In this document: positions 25,399 to 36,976 of the stretch, piece by piece | Layout: the number at the start of each line of letters is the position of its first letter | Position numbering within the stretch: the first letter of the stretch is position 1 | Assembly: GCA_002104905.1 (NCBI GenBank) | Contig: MCFE01000203.1 | Location: 66,708-130,707, forward strand | From: Basidiobolus meristosporus CBS 931.73 | Taxonomy: Eukaryota > Fungi > Basidiobolomycota | DNA: 64,000 bases | Direction of reading: 5' to 3' | Notes under the pieces: model-generated | Seen by the model: the letters and a program-made list of their open reading frames with translations, nothing else | What the model was told of the DNA's origin: nothing | Databases searched by the model: none | Made by a program: the position numbers and the translations under genes

Positions 25399-25806
25399 GT
25401 TCACATTATAATCAATGTATTGAAGTATATCTGAATATTTTAATAAATCCCGGTCTTTTGGTTAGATTGTGTATATGTGTCATCGATATAATGTAGATTC
25501 TTGAGGCAACACATTGTAGTGCATGGTTACTGCTTCTAGCATACTGAATGCCATCTCGGATAATTTTCACACCCCACAATCACATTTCCTGTCTTATTCA
25601 CCAATACTAGAGGGTGTGGGAAGAGGAGCAATGCTAGATAGATTCTCAACCTTCGGAAGTACTTACATTATCCGGTGACATGATAAAGTAATCTAAACTA
25701 AATCCGAAGGCCAAGTAGTTATAACTTGGATATAATCAATAGCCCCTCATTGCTAAGCAACAGCCCTCAAACATTGGTGACGAATGGGATAGTTGTGGAT
25801 GAATAC

Positions 25807-25826
25807 CCATATATGGGTTATTTACC
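25807..25826 (+). promoter_or_regulatory. CArG-like palindrome CCATATATGG followed by TTATTTACC, recurring upstream of flavodoxin copies (25807, 27436, 28982, 30492, 32119)
   Basis: Matches the MADS-box consensus CC(A/T)6GG; conserved across two otherwise dissimilar upstream types. Confidence 0.5.
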
Positions 25827-25963
25827 CAGAGTGGATACATCGGTTAATTTGGATTCAGGTCCTGTAATTTCATGAGTTGTAAAATAAATAGCACCCAGTT
25901 GCTACTCCCGAATCATCAACCACTCATTTGCAAGTGTGCAAGCAAGCATCAACATTCCTTTCA

Positions 25964-26683
25964 ATGTCCGCTCAGTCAACTACCAAGATATCCATCATCC
26001 TCTACACCGTCTATGGCCACATCTATGAGCTGGCCAAGGCTATCAAGAAAGGTCTGGAAACGAATAACGGAGTGGTAGCCACCATCTACCAAGTGCCAGA
26101 GACACTCTCTGATGACATCCTCGCCAAGATCCATGCCCCGCCTAAGCCCGATATCCCAGTGATCACTCCTGACATGCTCACCGAGGCTGATGGCTTCTTC
26201 TTTGGCATCCCCACCAGATTTGGGGCCATGCCAGCTCAGTTCCAGCAGTTCTGGGATGCCACGGGCGCACTCTGGGCCCAAGGAGCACTCCGCAACAAGT
26301 TCGCAGCCACCTTCTTCTCCACTGGCTCACAACATGGAGGACAGGAGACAACAGCAATGACATTCATGACCACTGTTGTCCACCATGGAATGATCTACAT
26401 CCCCAATGGATTCGCATCACCACACTTGACTGACAACTCTGAGATAGTTGGCGGAGGACCATGGGGAGCAGGAACCATCACGAATGGAGATGGATCACGA
26501 ATGCCATCTCAGAAAGAGCTGGAAGTGGCCGAGCTACAGGGACAAAACTACGGAGAGATTGTGGTGCGTCATACTCAACCTCAGTTGGTGGAGAGAGTCG
26601 TCGAGAAGATCGTGGAGAAGCAGGTGCCATCTAAGGCAAATGCGGTGACCAAAAAGTCATTCTTCAAAAAACTCTTTGCCTAA
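25964..26683 (+). CDS. Flavodoxin-like NAD(P)H:quinone oxidoreductase (WrbA/Pst2/Obr1 family), copy 1
   Basis: YTVYGH FMN loop, GIPTRFG, STGSQHGGQET, GGPWGAGT; 239 aa. Confidence 0.93.
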   Translation: MSAQSTTKISIILYTVYGHIYELAKAIKKGLETNNGVVATIYQVPETLSDDILAKIHAPPKPDIPVITPDMLTEADGFFFGIPTRFGAMPAQFQQFWDATGALWAQGALRNKFAATFFSTGSQHGGQETTAMTFMTTVVHHGMIYIPNGFASPHLTDNSEIVGGGPWGAGTITNGDGSRMPSQKELEVAELQGQNYGEIVVRHTQPQLVERVVEKIVEKQVPSKANAVTKKSFFKKLFA

Positions 26684-27382
26684 TACGTGAACCCTACTAC
26701 GCATTTATGTAACCTTTCACCCGATTGCCATCCAGCTTGATTTCCGTCATATTACCTCAGTGATGAATTGGACGTGTACACTGATAACCTTACCTATGTT
26801 TACTATTGAGCTTCCGATTCTCCTATACTAATTCGGGAGGTTGCTGCTGAGCTGCGCGTACCAAGAAATGTAGTATATAATAAACCTAGTAACCATCGCA
26901 CTGCTATTGAATTGCCGTGTTAACTATGTTCCATGGATTTGGGGCCAAATGGCGTAAACTCAAACCAACAACAATTACCAACTGTGAATATGTAGCATAA
27001 CTGACAGAAACATTGATCCCCACCTTTAACCTACCTCTTTCGGCAACTTACCTATCCCTGACGGAATGACTTTACTTTTCATAACAGTATGGTGGCCATG
27101 GTAGTGAACTGGGGCTCAAAACTGCATTTTGCACCCATCCTCCTGCGTGGATTGCAAGCAGTCGCCTTCCATATCGTTGCCACCACATTGGATACATACT
27201 CTTGACCCACCGTGTATACATAGTTGTTCAGATTCTGAGGAATTCTTAGGGCCTCAACAGACTAGTTTGGATTTGGAACACTTGATCTAGAATAACTGTG
27301 GCGTCTGAACAAACCATCACCAAAATCATTGAAACAAGTGTGCCATACAGAGAAGATATGATTAATATGGCCGGAGGGGTGC

Positions 27383-27389
27383 TTACTAA
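27383..27389 (+). promoter_or_regulatory. Yap1/Pap1-type response element TTA(C/G)TAA upstream of flavodoxin copies (27383, 30439, 32066, 35256)
   Basis: Exact matches to the AP-1-like YRE consensus. Confidence 0.45.
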
Positions 27390-27583
27390 CCCCTGATGGT
27401 AAGTAATCTATTTGAAAGTACAAACGGAGATATTACCATATATGGCTCATTTACCCAAGATCGATGGATTCCACCATTAGAAATTGATGCGTGAGATGGC
27501 AAAATAAATAGCACCCAGTTGCTACTCCCGAATCATCAACCACTCATTTGCAAGTGTGCAAGCAAGCATCAACATTCCTTTCA

Positions 27584-28304
27584 ATGTCCGCTCAGTCAAC
27601 TACCAAGATATCCATCATCCTCTACACCGTCTATGGCCACATCTATGAGCTGGCCAAGGCTATCAAGAAAGGTCTGGAAACGAATAACGGGGTGGTAGCC
27701 ACCATCTACCAAGTGCCAGAGACACTCTCTGATGACATCCTCGCCAAGATCCATGCCCCGCCTAAGCCCGATATCCCAGTGATCACTCCTGACATGCTCA
27801 CTGAGGCTGATGGCTTCTTCTTTGGCATCCCCACCAGATTTGGGGCCATGCCAGCTCAGTTCCAGCAGTTCTGGGATGTCCACAGGCGCACTCTGGGCCC
27901 AAGGAGCACTCCGCAACAAGTTCGCAGCCACCTTCTTCTCCACTGGCTCACAACATGGAGGACAGGAGACAACAGCAATGACATTCATGACCACTGTTGT
28001 CCACCATGGAATGATCTACATCCCCAATGGATTCGCATCACCACACTTGACTGACAACTCTGAGATAGTTGGCGGAGGACCATGGGGAGCAGGAACCATC
28101 ACGAATGGAGATGGATCACGAATGCCATCTCAGAAAGAGCTGGAAGTGGCCGAGCTACAAGGACAAAACTATGGGGAGATTGTGGTGCGTCACACTCAAC
28201 CTCAGATAGTGGAGAGAATTGTGGAAAAGATCATTGAGAAGGAAGTACCAGATAGAGCCAAGGTGAGCAGAAAAAACTCGTTCTTCAAGAAAATCTTTGC
28301 CTGA
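27584..28304 (+). CDS. Flavodoxin-like quinone reductase copy 2, with apparent +1 frameshift at 27879
   Basis: Near-identical to copy 1; gatgTccac versus gatgccac in the other copies. Confidence 0.8.
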
Positions 28305-28494
28305 AACTGTACTTATGGTCATGAAGAGCTAACTTAAACCTTGTATTGTACTGACAGTAATATTTTCTAACCCCACTATTTTTTGTTCCAACTGTATAAT
28401 TTTATGCCATGCAATAAACATAGAAAATTAAACGGAACTCTGTGCTAAAGTTCTCTTATGGCTCACAAATTCCTCAAGTATTATGAGCTACCAA

Positions 28495-28512
28495 TATATA
28501 TATATATATATA
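28495..28512. repeat. (TA)9 microsatellite
   Basis: Direct sequence. Confidence 0.9.
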
Positions 28513-29155
28513 TCAGCTGCCTGGCTGCCTGAATGAAGTGTTACGAAGGGAAAGCTTCAAAGCTAGGTCCTCTTGCGTCGTATTTAAACATATGAATTCA
28601 TAAATCTATAGTAAGCGTGCTCCACTACAAGAAACGTCGGGGAACCTGTCCTTAAGCGGCTAATGATGGAGTTTTGTGCGACTATCTACACCTGTATTTC
28701 TCAAATTTAATGTAGCGGTTAGCGGAGGCATCCACCTTGATGATCGCTGTTGTCAAACATGTGGGTGGTTTATTATAGCCGTGAAAACATCTAGGGAAGC
28801 ACCGTAATTGTCATTAATTTATTGCTAAGCAACAATCCACAATCTGTAGTGATAAATTGGAATAGTAGTGGAAAAATTCAGAGGCCAAGTATTTGTAACT
28901 TCAACAAAATCAATAGCCCCTCATTACGGAGCAACGGCACACAAATATTAGTGACGAACTGAGATGGTTGTGGATGAATAGCCATATATGGGTTATTTAC
29001 CCATCACGGATACATCGGTTAATTTGGATTCAGGTCCTGAGGAAGGTTGACCATTTCGTAATAAATACCACTTGCAGGCTCTACGCTGTGTCATACAATC
29101 ACTCAAATTGATAGTTCAGCACCTACATTCGACTATTCCATATCTTTACTACGCA

Positions 29156-29875
29156 ATGACAGTACAATCCAAGACTAAGGTTTTCATCATCCTCTACACC
29201 GTCTATGGCCACATCTATGAGCTGGCCAAGGCTATCAAGAAAGGTCTGGAAACGAATAACGGAGTGGTAGCCACCATCTACCAAGTGCCAGAGACACTCT
29301 CTGATGACATCCTCGCCAAGATCCATGCCCCGCCTAAGCCCGATATCCCAGTGATCACTCCTGACATGCTCACCGAGGCTGATGGCTTTTTCTTTGGCAT
29401 CCCCACCAGATTCGGGGCCATGCCAGCTCAGTTCCAGCAGTTCTGGGATGCCACAGGCGCACTCTGGGCCCAAGGAGCACTCCGCAACAAGTTCGCAGCC
29501 ACCTTCTTCTCCACTGGCTCACAACATGGAGGACAGGAGACAACAGCAATGACATTCATGACCACCATCGTCCACCATGGAATGATCTACATCCCCAATG
29601 GATTCGCATCACCACACTTGACTGACAACTCTGAGATAGTTGGCGGAGGACCATGGGGAGCAGGAACCATCACGAATGGAGATGGATCACGAATGCCATC
29701 TCAGAAAGAGCTGGAAGTGGCCGAGCTACAAGGACAAAACTACGGAGAGATTGTGGTGCGTCATACTCAACCTCAGTTGGTGGAGAGAGTCATCGAGAAG
29801 ATCGTGGAGAAGCAGGTACCATCTAAGACCAATACAGCGGTCAAGAAGTCATTCTTCAAAAAACTTTTTGCCTGA
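29156..29875 (+). CDS. Flavodoxin-like quinone reductase copy 3
   Basis: ATG at 29156 (MTVQSKTKVFIILY), intact ORF, same motifs. Confidence 0.93.
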   Translation: MTVQSKTKVFIILYTVYGHIYELAKAIKKGLETNNGVVATIYQVPETLSDDILAKIHAPPKPDIPVITPDMLTEADGFFFGIPTRFGAMPAQFQQFWDATGALWAQGALRNKFAATFFSTGSQHGGQETTAMTFMTTIVHHGMIYIPNGFASPHLTDNSEIVGGGPWGAGTITNGDGSRMPSQKELEVAELQGQNYGEIVVRHTQPQLVERVIEKIVEKQVPSKTNTAVKKSFFKKLFA

Positions 29876-30647
29876 CATATGAATCAGACAATACAATTGT
29901 GTAACCTTTCAATCAACGGCTCCTGGCCAAAATCAAGTCTTAATTACATCAGTATTCAACCGGTCTTGAATACTGATAACCTTACCAGTCTTTATTATCT
30001 AATATTGAATCTTCGGACTCAGAATCAGGATGTTGAGACTAAATTAAAAGCAACAAGCAGTATAGAATATAATAAATATAATGGCGATTATAATAACCAC
30101 GTTAAAAGAGTTATATTAAGGTTGTTGGGCCAGACGAGGTAGGCTCGGAATAGCAACGACTATAACTTAACCGTAACTCCAAACTTTATTGTAAGTTAGC
30201 TCTTTGCATGCATGTCATTCGGTGTGAGTTGCTCATAGTCGCTTGTAGATTTTAGACTGGCTGTTGACTAGCTCTATCTGGAAAGCTACTAGAGATTCGG
30301 AGTATTCCCTCAAAGAACTCATCAATCTAGGTTGGGCGCTTGATTAATGATAGACAGAGATACTGTCTTCAAATAACTAAAACTGATATGTACACATAGA
30401 TTTGAATTTAGATGCGGTTAATATGTTTGCAAGGATGCTTACTAACCTCTGATGGTAAGTAATCTATTTGAAAGTACAAACGGAGATATTACCATATATG
30501 GCTTATTTACCCAAGATCGATGGATTCCACCATTAGAAATTGATGCGTGAGATGGCAAAATAAATAGCACCCAGTTGCTACTCTCGAATCATCAACCACT
30601 CATTTGCAAGTGTGCAAACAAGTAAGCAAGCATCAACACTCCTTTCA

Positions 30648-31367
30648 ATGTCCGCTCAGCCAACTACCAAGATATCCATCATCCTCTACACCGTCTATGG
30701 CCACATCTATGAGCTGGCCAAGGCTATCAAGAAAGGTCTGGAAACGAATAACGGAGTGGTAGCCACCATCTACCAAGTGCCAGAGACACTCTCTGATGAC
30801 ATCCTCGCCAAGATCCATGCCCCGCCTAAGCCCGATATCCCGGTGATCACTCCTGACATGCTCACTGAGGCTGATGGCTTTTTCTTTGGCATCCCCACCA
30901 GATTTGGGGCCATGTCAGCTCAGTTCCAGCAGTTCTGGGATGCCACAGGCGCACTCTGGGCCCAAGGAGCACTCCGCAACAAGTTCGCAGCCACCTTCTT
31001 CTCCACTGGCTCACAACATGGAGGACAGGAGACAACAGCAATGACATTCATGACCACTGTTGTCCACCATGGAATGATCTACATCCCCAATGGATTCGCA
31101 TCACCACACTTGACTGACAACTCTGAGATAGTTGGCGGAGGACCATGGGGAGTAGGAACCATCACGAATGGAGATGGATCACGAATGCCATCTCAGAAAG
31201 AGCTGGAAGTGGCCGAGCTACAGGGACAAAACTACGGAGAGATTGTGGTGCGTCATACTCAACCTCAGTTGGTGGAGAGAGTCATCGAGAAGATCGTGGA
31301 GAAGCAGGTGCCATCTAAGGCAAATGCGGTGACCAAAAAGTCATTCTTCAAAAAACTCTTTGCCTAA
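30648..31367 (+). CDS. Flavodoxin-like quinone reductase copy 4
   Basis: Intact ORF; C-terminal tail and 3' flank match copy 1. Confidence 0.93.
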   Translation: MSAQPTTKISIILYTVYGHIYELAKAIKKGLETNNGVVATIYQVPETLSDDILAKIHAPPKPDIPVITPDMLTEADGFFFGIPTRFGAMSAQFQQFWDATGALWAQGALRNKFAATFFSTGSQHGGQETTAMTFMTTVVHHGMIYIPNGFASPHLTDNSEIVGGGPWGVGTITNGDGSRMPSQKELEVAELQGQNYGEIVVRHTQPQLVERVIEKIVEKQVPSKANAVTKKSFFKKLFA

Positions 31368-32274
31368 TACGTGAACCCTACGACGCATTTATGTAACCTT
31401 TCACCCGATTGCCATCCAGCTTGATTTCCGTCATATTACCTCAGTGATGAATTGGACGTGTACACTGATAACCTTACCTATGTTTACTATTGAGCTTCCG
31501 ATTCTCCTATACTAATTCGGGAGGTTGCTGCTGAGCTGCGCGTACCAAGAAATGTAGTATATAATAAACCTAGTAACCATCGCACTGCTATTGAATTGCC
31601 GTGTTAACTGTGTTCCATGGATTTGGGGCCAAATGGCGTAAACTCAAACCAACAACAATTACCAACTGTGAATACGCAGCACAACTGACACAAATATTGA
31701 TCCCCACCTTTAATCTACCTCTTTCGGCAACTTACCTATCCCTGACGGAATGACTTTACTTTCATAACAGTATGGTGGCCATGGTAGTGAACTGGGGCTC
31801 AAAACTGCATTTTGCACCCATCCTCCTGCGTGGATTGCAAGCAGTCGCTTTCCATATCGTTGCCACCACATTGGATACATACTCTTGACCCACCGTGTAT
31901 ACATAGTTGTTCAGATTCTGAGGAATTCTTAGGGCCTCAACAGACTAGTTTGGATTTGGAACACTTGATCTAGAATAACTGTGGCGTCTGAACAAACCAT
32001 CACCAAAATCATTGAAACAAGTGTGCCATAGAGAGAAGATATGATTAATATGGCCGGAGGGGTGCTTACTAACCCCTGATGGTAAGTAATCTATTTGAAA
32101 GTACAAACGGAGATATTACCATATATGGCTTATTTACCCAAAATCGATGGATTCCACCATTAGAAATTGGTCCGTGAGATGGCAAAATAAATAGCACCCA
32201 GTTGCTACTCCCGAATCATCAACCACTCATTTGCAAGTGTGCAAACAAGTAAGCAAGCATCAACACTCCTTTCA

Positions 32275-32994
32275 ATGTCCGCTCAGTCAACTACCAAGAT
32301 ATCCATCATCCTCTACACCGTCTATGGCCACATCTACGAGCTGGCCAAGGCTATCAAGAAAGGTCTGGAAACGAATAACGGGGTGGTAGCCACCATCTAC
32401 CAAGTGCCAGAGACACTCTCTGATGACATCCTCGCCAAGATCCATGCCCCGCCTAAGCCCGATATCCCAGTGATCACTCCTGACATGCTCACTGAGGCTG
32501 ATGGCTTTTTCTTTGGCATCCCCACCAGATTTGGGGCCATGCCAGCTCAGTTCCAGCAGTTCTGGGATGCCACAGGCGCACTCTGGGCCAAAGGAGCACT
32601 CCGCAACAAGTTCGCAGCCACCTTCTTCTCCACTGGCTCACAACATGGAGGACAGGAGACAACAGCAATGACATTCATGACCACTGTTGTCCACCATGGA
32701 ATGATCTACATCCCCAATGGATTCGCATCACCACACTTGACTGACAACTCTGAGATAGTTGGCGGAGGACCATGGGGAGCAGGAACCATCACGAATGGAG
32801 ATGGATCACGAATGCCATCTCAGAAAGAGCTGGAAGTGGCCGAGCTACAAGGACAAAACTATGGGGAAATTGTGGTGCGTCTTACGCAGCCCCAAGTAGT
32901 GGAGAGGGTAGTGGAGAAGATCGTGGAAAAGCAAATCAAGGAAAAGGTAAAGTTCGTTGAGAAGAAATCATTCCTGAAGAAAATATTCTCCTAG
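32275..32994 (+). CDS. Flavodoxin-like quinone reductase copy 5
   Basis: Intact ORF, distinct C-terminus KQIKEKVKFVEKKSFLKKIFS. Confidence 0.93.
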   Translation: MSAQSTTKISIILYTVYGHIYELAKAIKKGLETNNGVVATIYQVPETLSDDILAKIHAPPKPDIPVITPDMLTEADGFFFGIPTRFGAMPAQFQQFWDATGALWAKGALRNKFAATFFSTGSQHGGQETTAMTFMTTVVHHGMIYIPNGFASPHLTDNSEIVGGGPWGAGTITNGDGSRMPSQKELEVAELQGQNYGEIVVRLTQPQVVERVVEKIVEKQIKEKVKFVEKKSFLKKIFS

Positions 32995-33738
32995 CCTTGT
33001 CGAATATACATTTGTGTAAAGCCGTTGCATTCATATTGGCGATATTGGGAAACTGAATTTGTATGCCATTATGCTCGAACTTGTAAGAATAGTAATAATT
33101 AATAAAACTTATATGATACTTTGCCCGCGTAAGTCAATTCGAATGCGGGTTCTTTATATCGGAACTTAACGGAGCCTTGAATCGGCCAAGGAACTTTTTA
33201 ATGGAAACTTGGATGATCACAGGTGTTAAAAGTAAGCATAAAGCTTGAATCCTATTTCCATTCTTAGATCACGACTCAACTACATACCTTCGGCTAAAGA
33301 GTAGATCGCTTGGGAGTTTAACAGTATATAGATATATACGGTAGTTCTGCCGGTAACCCCAGATTAGAATGCATTGCAACACGAGCATCCCATGAAGCGT
33401 GAAAGATAAGATTCAATGGCGGAGCTTTGTCAAACATCTTGCATCAAGGTTATCCGGAAAAATAACCTAGCTTAGGATGATTATGCATAAAATCATTACG
33501 AAGTATGCTACTAACTTCTCGGTTGATGCACACATTCGACTGCGTGCGACAAGGGGAAGTGTTATATCGGGCCAATTTAACCAGATCTATAGCTATGCTT
33601 TGGAAATCCGGAGATACAACTTGTCGTTATATGTACTTTATCCATCGCCATTGCTAAATAGGTATGCACCCTCAGAAAAGAAAATATCGATTTTATATGT
33701 ATCATGAGCACACAATCAAAATCAAATGTATGATCACA

Positions 33739-34080
33739 GGCCCAAGGAGCACTCCGTGACAAGTTCGCAGCCACCTTCTTCTCCACTGGCTCACAACACG
33801 GAGGACAGGAGACAACAGCGATGACATTCATGACCACCGTTGTCCACCATGGAATGATCTACATCCCCAATGGATTCGCATCACCACACTTGACTGACAA
33901 CTCTGAGATAGTTGGCGGAGGACCATGGGGAGCAGGAACCATCACGAATGGAGATGGATCGCGAATGCCATCTCAGAAAGAGCTAGACGCGGCCGAGCTA
34001 CAAGGTCAATACTATGGGGAGGTTGCGGTGCGTCACATTCAACCTGAGATTGTGAAGTGAGTGGTCGAGAAATAAAATAG
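33739..34080 (+). pseudogene. Flavodoxin-like fragment (3' half only), unit 6
   Basis: Begins at ggcccaaggagcactcc; no 5' half; premature stop in the tail. Confidence 0.85.
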
Positions 34081-34629
34081 AAGTACCAGCCGAAAATCAG
34101 TCCAGAAGAAACTCTTTGCATAAGGCGCTACTCCTGATCTTCACCGGTCGATAAAAGACCATTTATCAAGGAAGATGGCATTAAAGAAAGCGCCTAATAT
34201 GGCCGAATTGTCGGGCGGAAAGTCATTTCTTAAGGTAACTCGAAACCATGTGCGCTGATAACCTTGTTGACACCTTGGCGGTGACCAATTTGAATAGATC
34301 ACATACACAAGCATCTACTGATGAACTCGACCGGTCCTATTTCAAATTTTCTTCCATTATTTGGGATGGATCCCGCAATCAACGCGCTTGGGCGCCTCAC
34401 ATGCTTTACATGAAAACTACATACATCCAGTATCGAATTTCATGTTGGGATATTTAAGGAACACATGTGATTATGAGCGGTGAAAATACCATAACTATCC
34501 GTACTTGTATCAGTTCATGTAGAACTTCACCCCTGGTCGGATGTAATCAATGAGGAACTCCCCCGTATTTGGTCAGTTTATCTATCTAGATTAGATGAAT
34601 TCAAGTAACCATATTGGTAGATATGTTAG

Positions 34630-34850
34630 CCCTACAACAGCAATGGCATTCATGACCACCATCGTCCACCATGGAATGATCTACATCCCCAATGGATTCG
34701 CATCACCACACTTGACTGACAACTCTGAGATAGTTGACGGAGGACCATGGGGAGCAGGAACCATCGCGATCAGAAAGAGATACAAGGTCAAGACTACGGG
34801 TAAATTGTAGTCCGTCATATTCAACCCCAGATGGTGGAGGAAGCAAATAT
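34630..34850 (+). pseudogene. Flavodoxin-like fragment, unit 7
   Basis: TTAMAFMTTIVHHGMIYIPNGFASPHL... followed by a deletion and frameshift. Confidence 0.8.
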
Positions 34851-35414
34851 GGGAAGAGTGGACCTTCTGAAGTCATCCCTCTAAAATCAACACACACCAT
34901 CATTGTCAACTAAGGATTATCCTTGAACACCAGTAAAGCCTTCATACTTACTAATCCATGTTGGACCTCGGAAAAAATCTAAAAATGGACACATCTGATT
35001 ATTTTTGTGATGAGCAACCCCATCATTCATATGATATCGGAAAGCCACTTCGCACAATTCTTTTCAGTATGGATACTTGCGTTAGGCAGAGAATTCTCTT
35101 TCTAGGTGTGATACTCTTTCTATATCGATCTAGTAGACGGTCTATGAGTCAACACTGAATATCAAGCGTGAATGCCAATTTGTAATGATATCCAAATGCG
35201 GGATATTTATCCAGCGAAATCTCGCCGAAGAGTATTTGCAATCCTTTTCGGTTGATTAGTAACGAATCTAGGATGATCCTTAACACTTGGAAATGAAATA
35301 AATACCGCTTCATAGCACCTACCTCCTACATCGAATTTTGATTGCTGCATCTTTTGCTTTATACCTTTCCCTTTGCAAATACATTAACGTCCTCCTAGTG
35401 TGACTTATTGCGTA

Positions 35415-36134
35415 ATGGCCGTCGAACCAAAGACCAAGATTTACATCATCCTTTACACCGTCTATGGCCATATCTACGAAGTGGCCAAGGCTGTCAAGAA
35501 AGGAATTGAGAAAAATGAACGAGTAGAAGTCACCATCTACCAAGTGCCAGAGACACTCTCTGATGACATCCTCGCCAAGATCCATGCCCCACCTAAGCCC
35601 GATATTCCAGTGATCACTCCTGACATGCTCACCGAGGCTGATGGCTTCTTCTTTGGCATCCCCACCAGATTTGGGGCCATGCCAGCTCAGTTCCAGCAGT
35701 TCTGGGATGCCACGGGCGCACTCTGGGCCAAAGGAGCACTCCGCAACAAGTTCGCAGCCACCTTCTTCTCCACCGCCTCACAACATGGAGGACAGGAGAC
35801 AACAGCAATGACATTCATGACCACCGTTGTCCACCATGGAATGATCTACATCCCCAATGGATTCGCATCACCACACTTGACTGACAACTCTGAGATAGTT
35901 GGTGGAGGACCATGGGGAGCTGGTACTATTGCCAACGGTGATGGATCCAGAATGCCATCTCAGAAAGAGCTGGAAGTGGCCGAGCTACAAGGACAAAACT
36001 ACGGAGAGATTGTGGTGCGTCATACTCAACCTCAGATTGTGGAGAAAACCGTGGAGAAGGTGGTAGTGAAAGAGGTGCCGGCTCAGGCTGAAGTAACAAA
36101 GAAGAAATCGTTCTTGAAGAAAATCTTCAACTAA
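35415..36134 (+). CDS. Flavodoxin-like quinone reductase copy 8 (most divergent intact copy)
   Basis: MAVEPKTKIYIILY...KKSFLKKIFN, intact. Confidence 0.93.
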   Translation: MAVEPKTKIYIILYTVYGHIYEVAKAVKKGIEKNERVEVTIYQVPETLSDDILAKIHAPPKPDIPVITPDMLTEADGFFFGIPTRFGAMPAQFQQFWDATGALWAKGALRNKFAATFFSTASQHGGQETTAMTFMTTVVHHGMIYIPNGFASPHLTDNSEIVGGGPWGAGTIANGDGSRMPSQKELEVAELQGQNYGEIVVRHTQPQIVEKTVEKVVVKEVPAQAEVTKKKSFLKKIFN

Positions 36135-36470
36135 TCCCAAGGATTATGAATATGTTTATATGTATGCCCAGAATTTAATAATTAATTTCATCAACTTGTG
36201 TCTTTCGGATTAAATAAATTTCAGCATTTGTCATATCACCTGAACCTGTGCTTCGATGGATCAACAATGAAAATCAGCACAACACATCAATCCACAAAAG
36301 AAATCAATATGTGTTTAGCCGACTGATTATACCAGAAGTAATATATAATGTACACATCCAACAATCTGTAAGTGGAGGAGATCGCCGAATTGTTTAGAGT
36401 TGGTCAATCGAGTCATAACAAAACGACCCAACCAAATAAGCTAGGATGCCAGCTCGTCTTCTTTGTATAC

Positions 36471-36976
36471 ATGATTTTTCCACCACTGCAACCCTCACTG
36501 TTCCCCAAGGCCACCATTCCCCGGTCACTCAGGAAATCAGAACTCTCGGAGCTTGAGGAACTTGAGTTAGCCCAAGAGGAATATGAAAAGCAGGTAATTG
36601 CCCTCGGTCCGTTTCCCGGTTGGAGGACTACTAACTCTTGGCCTGTGTAGTTGGACGAGGTAAGGTGTGCTGGCCACTGGTATAATCCAATTGGATTCCA
36701 ACAAGTCTCTGAGGAGGAGGAGGAAGAGGAGGAGGAAGAAGAAGAGGAAGGGGAATTTGAGAATGAAGAGGTAAACACCATAGACAGTGACTTGGATCTG
36801 ACCAGAAGACTGACCTTTATTAGGAGTATGACGAGGGGGAGTATCCCCACCCAGACGAATACGACTCGGAACAAAGCTATGCGGAAGCGCAGGTAGCCGA
36901 CTTCGAGGAAATGTCGGATATTGAAGAAATGGAGATGGAAGATGATGAAGAAATGGACATGGAGGATCTTGAGTAG
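36471..36976 (+). CDS. APC15-like small acidic protein (anaphase-promoting complex subunit 15 candidate), 3 exons
   Basis: Predicted spliced product MIFPPLQPSLFPK...ELAQEEYEKQ|LDEVRCAGHWYNPIG...poly-E...MEDLE*; PSLFP and PIG plus an acidic tail resemble ANAPC15; both introns are GT-AG and phase-compatible. Confidence 0.6.

Noticed and set aside
25964-36134. CRISPR-like reading of the regularly spaced repeats
   Set aside because: The repeats are whole protein-coding genes in a eukaryotic genome; no short repeat-spacer array and no cas genes
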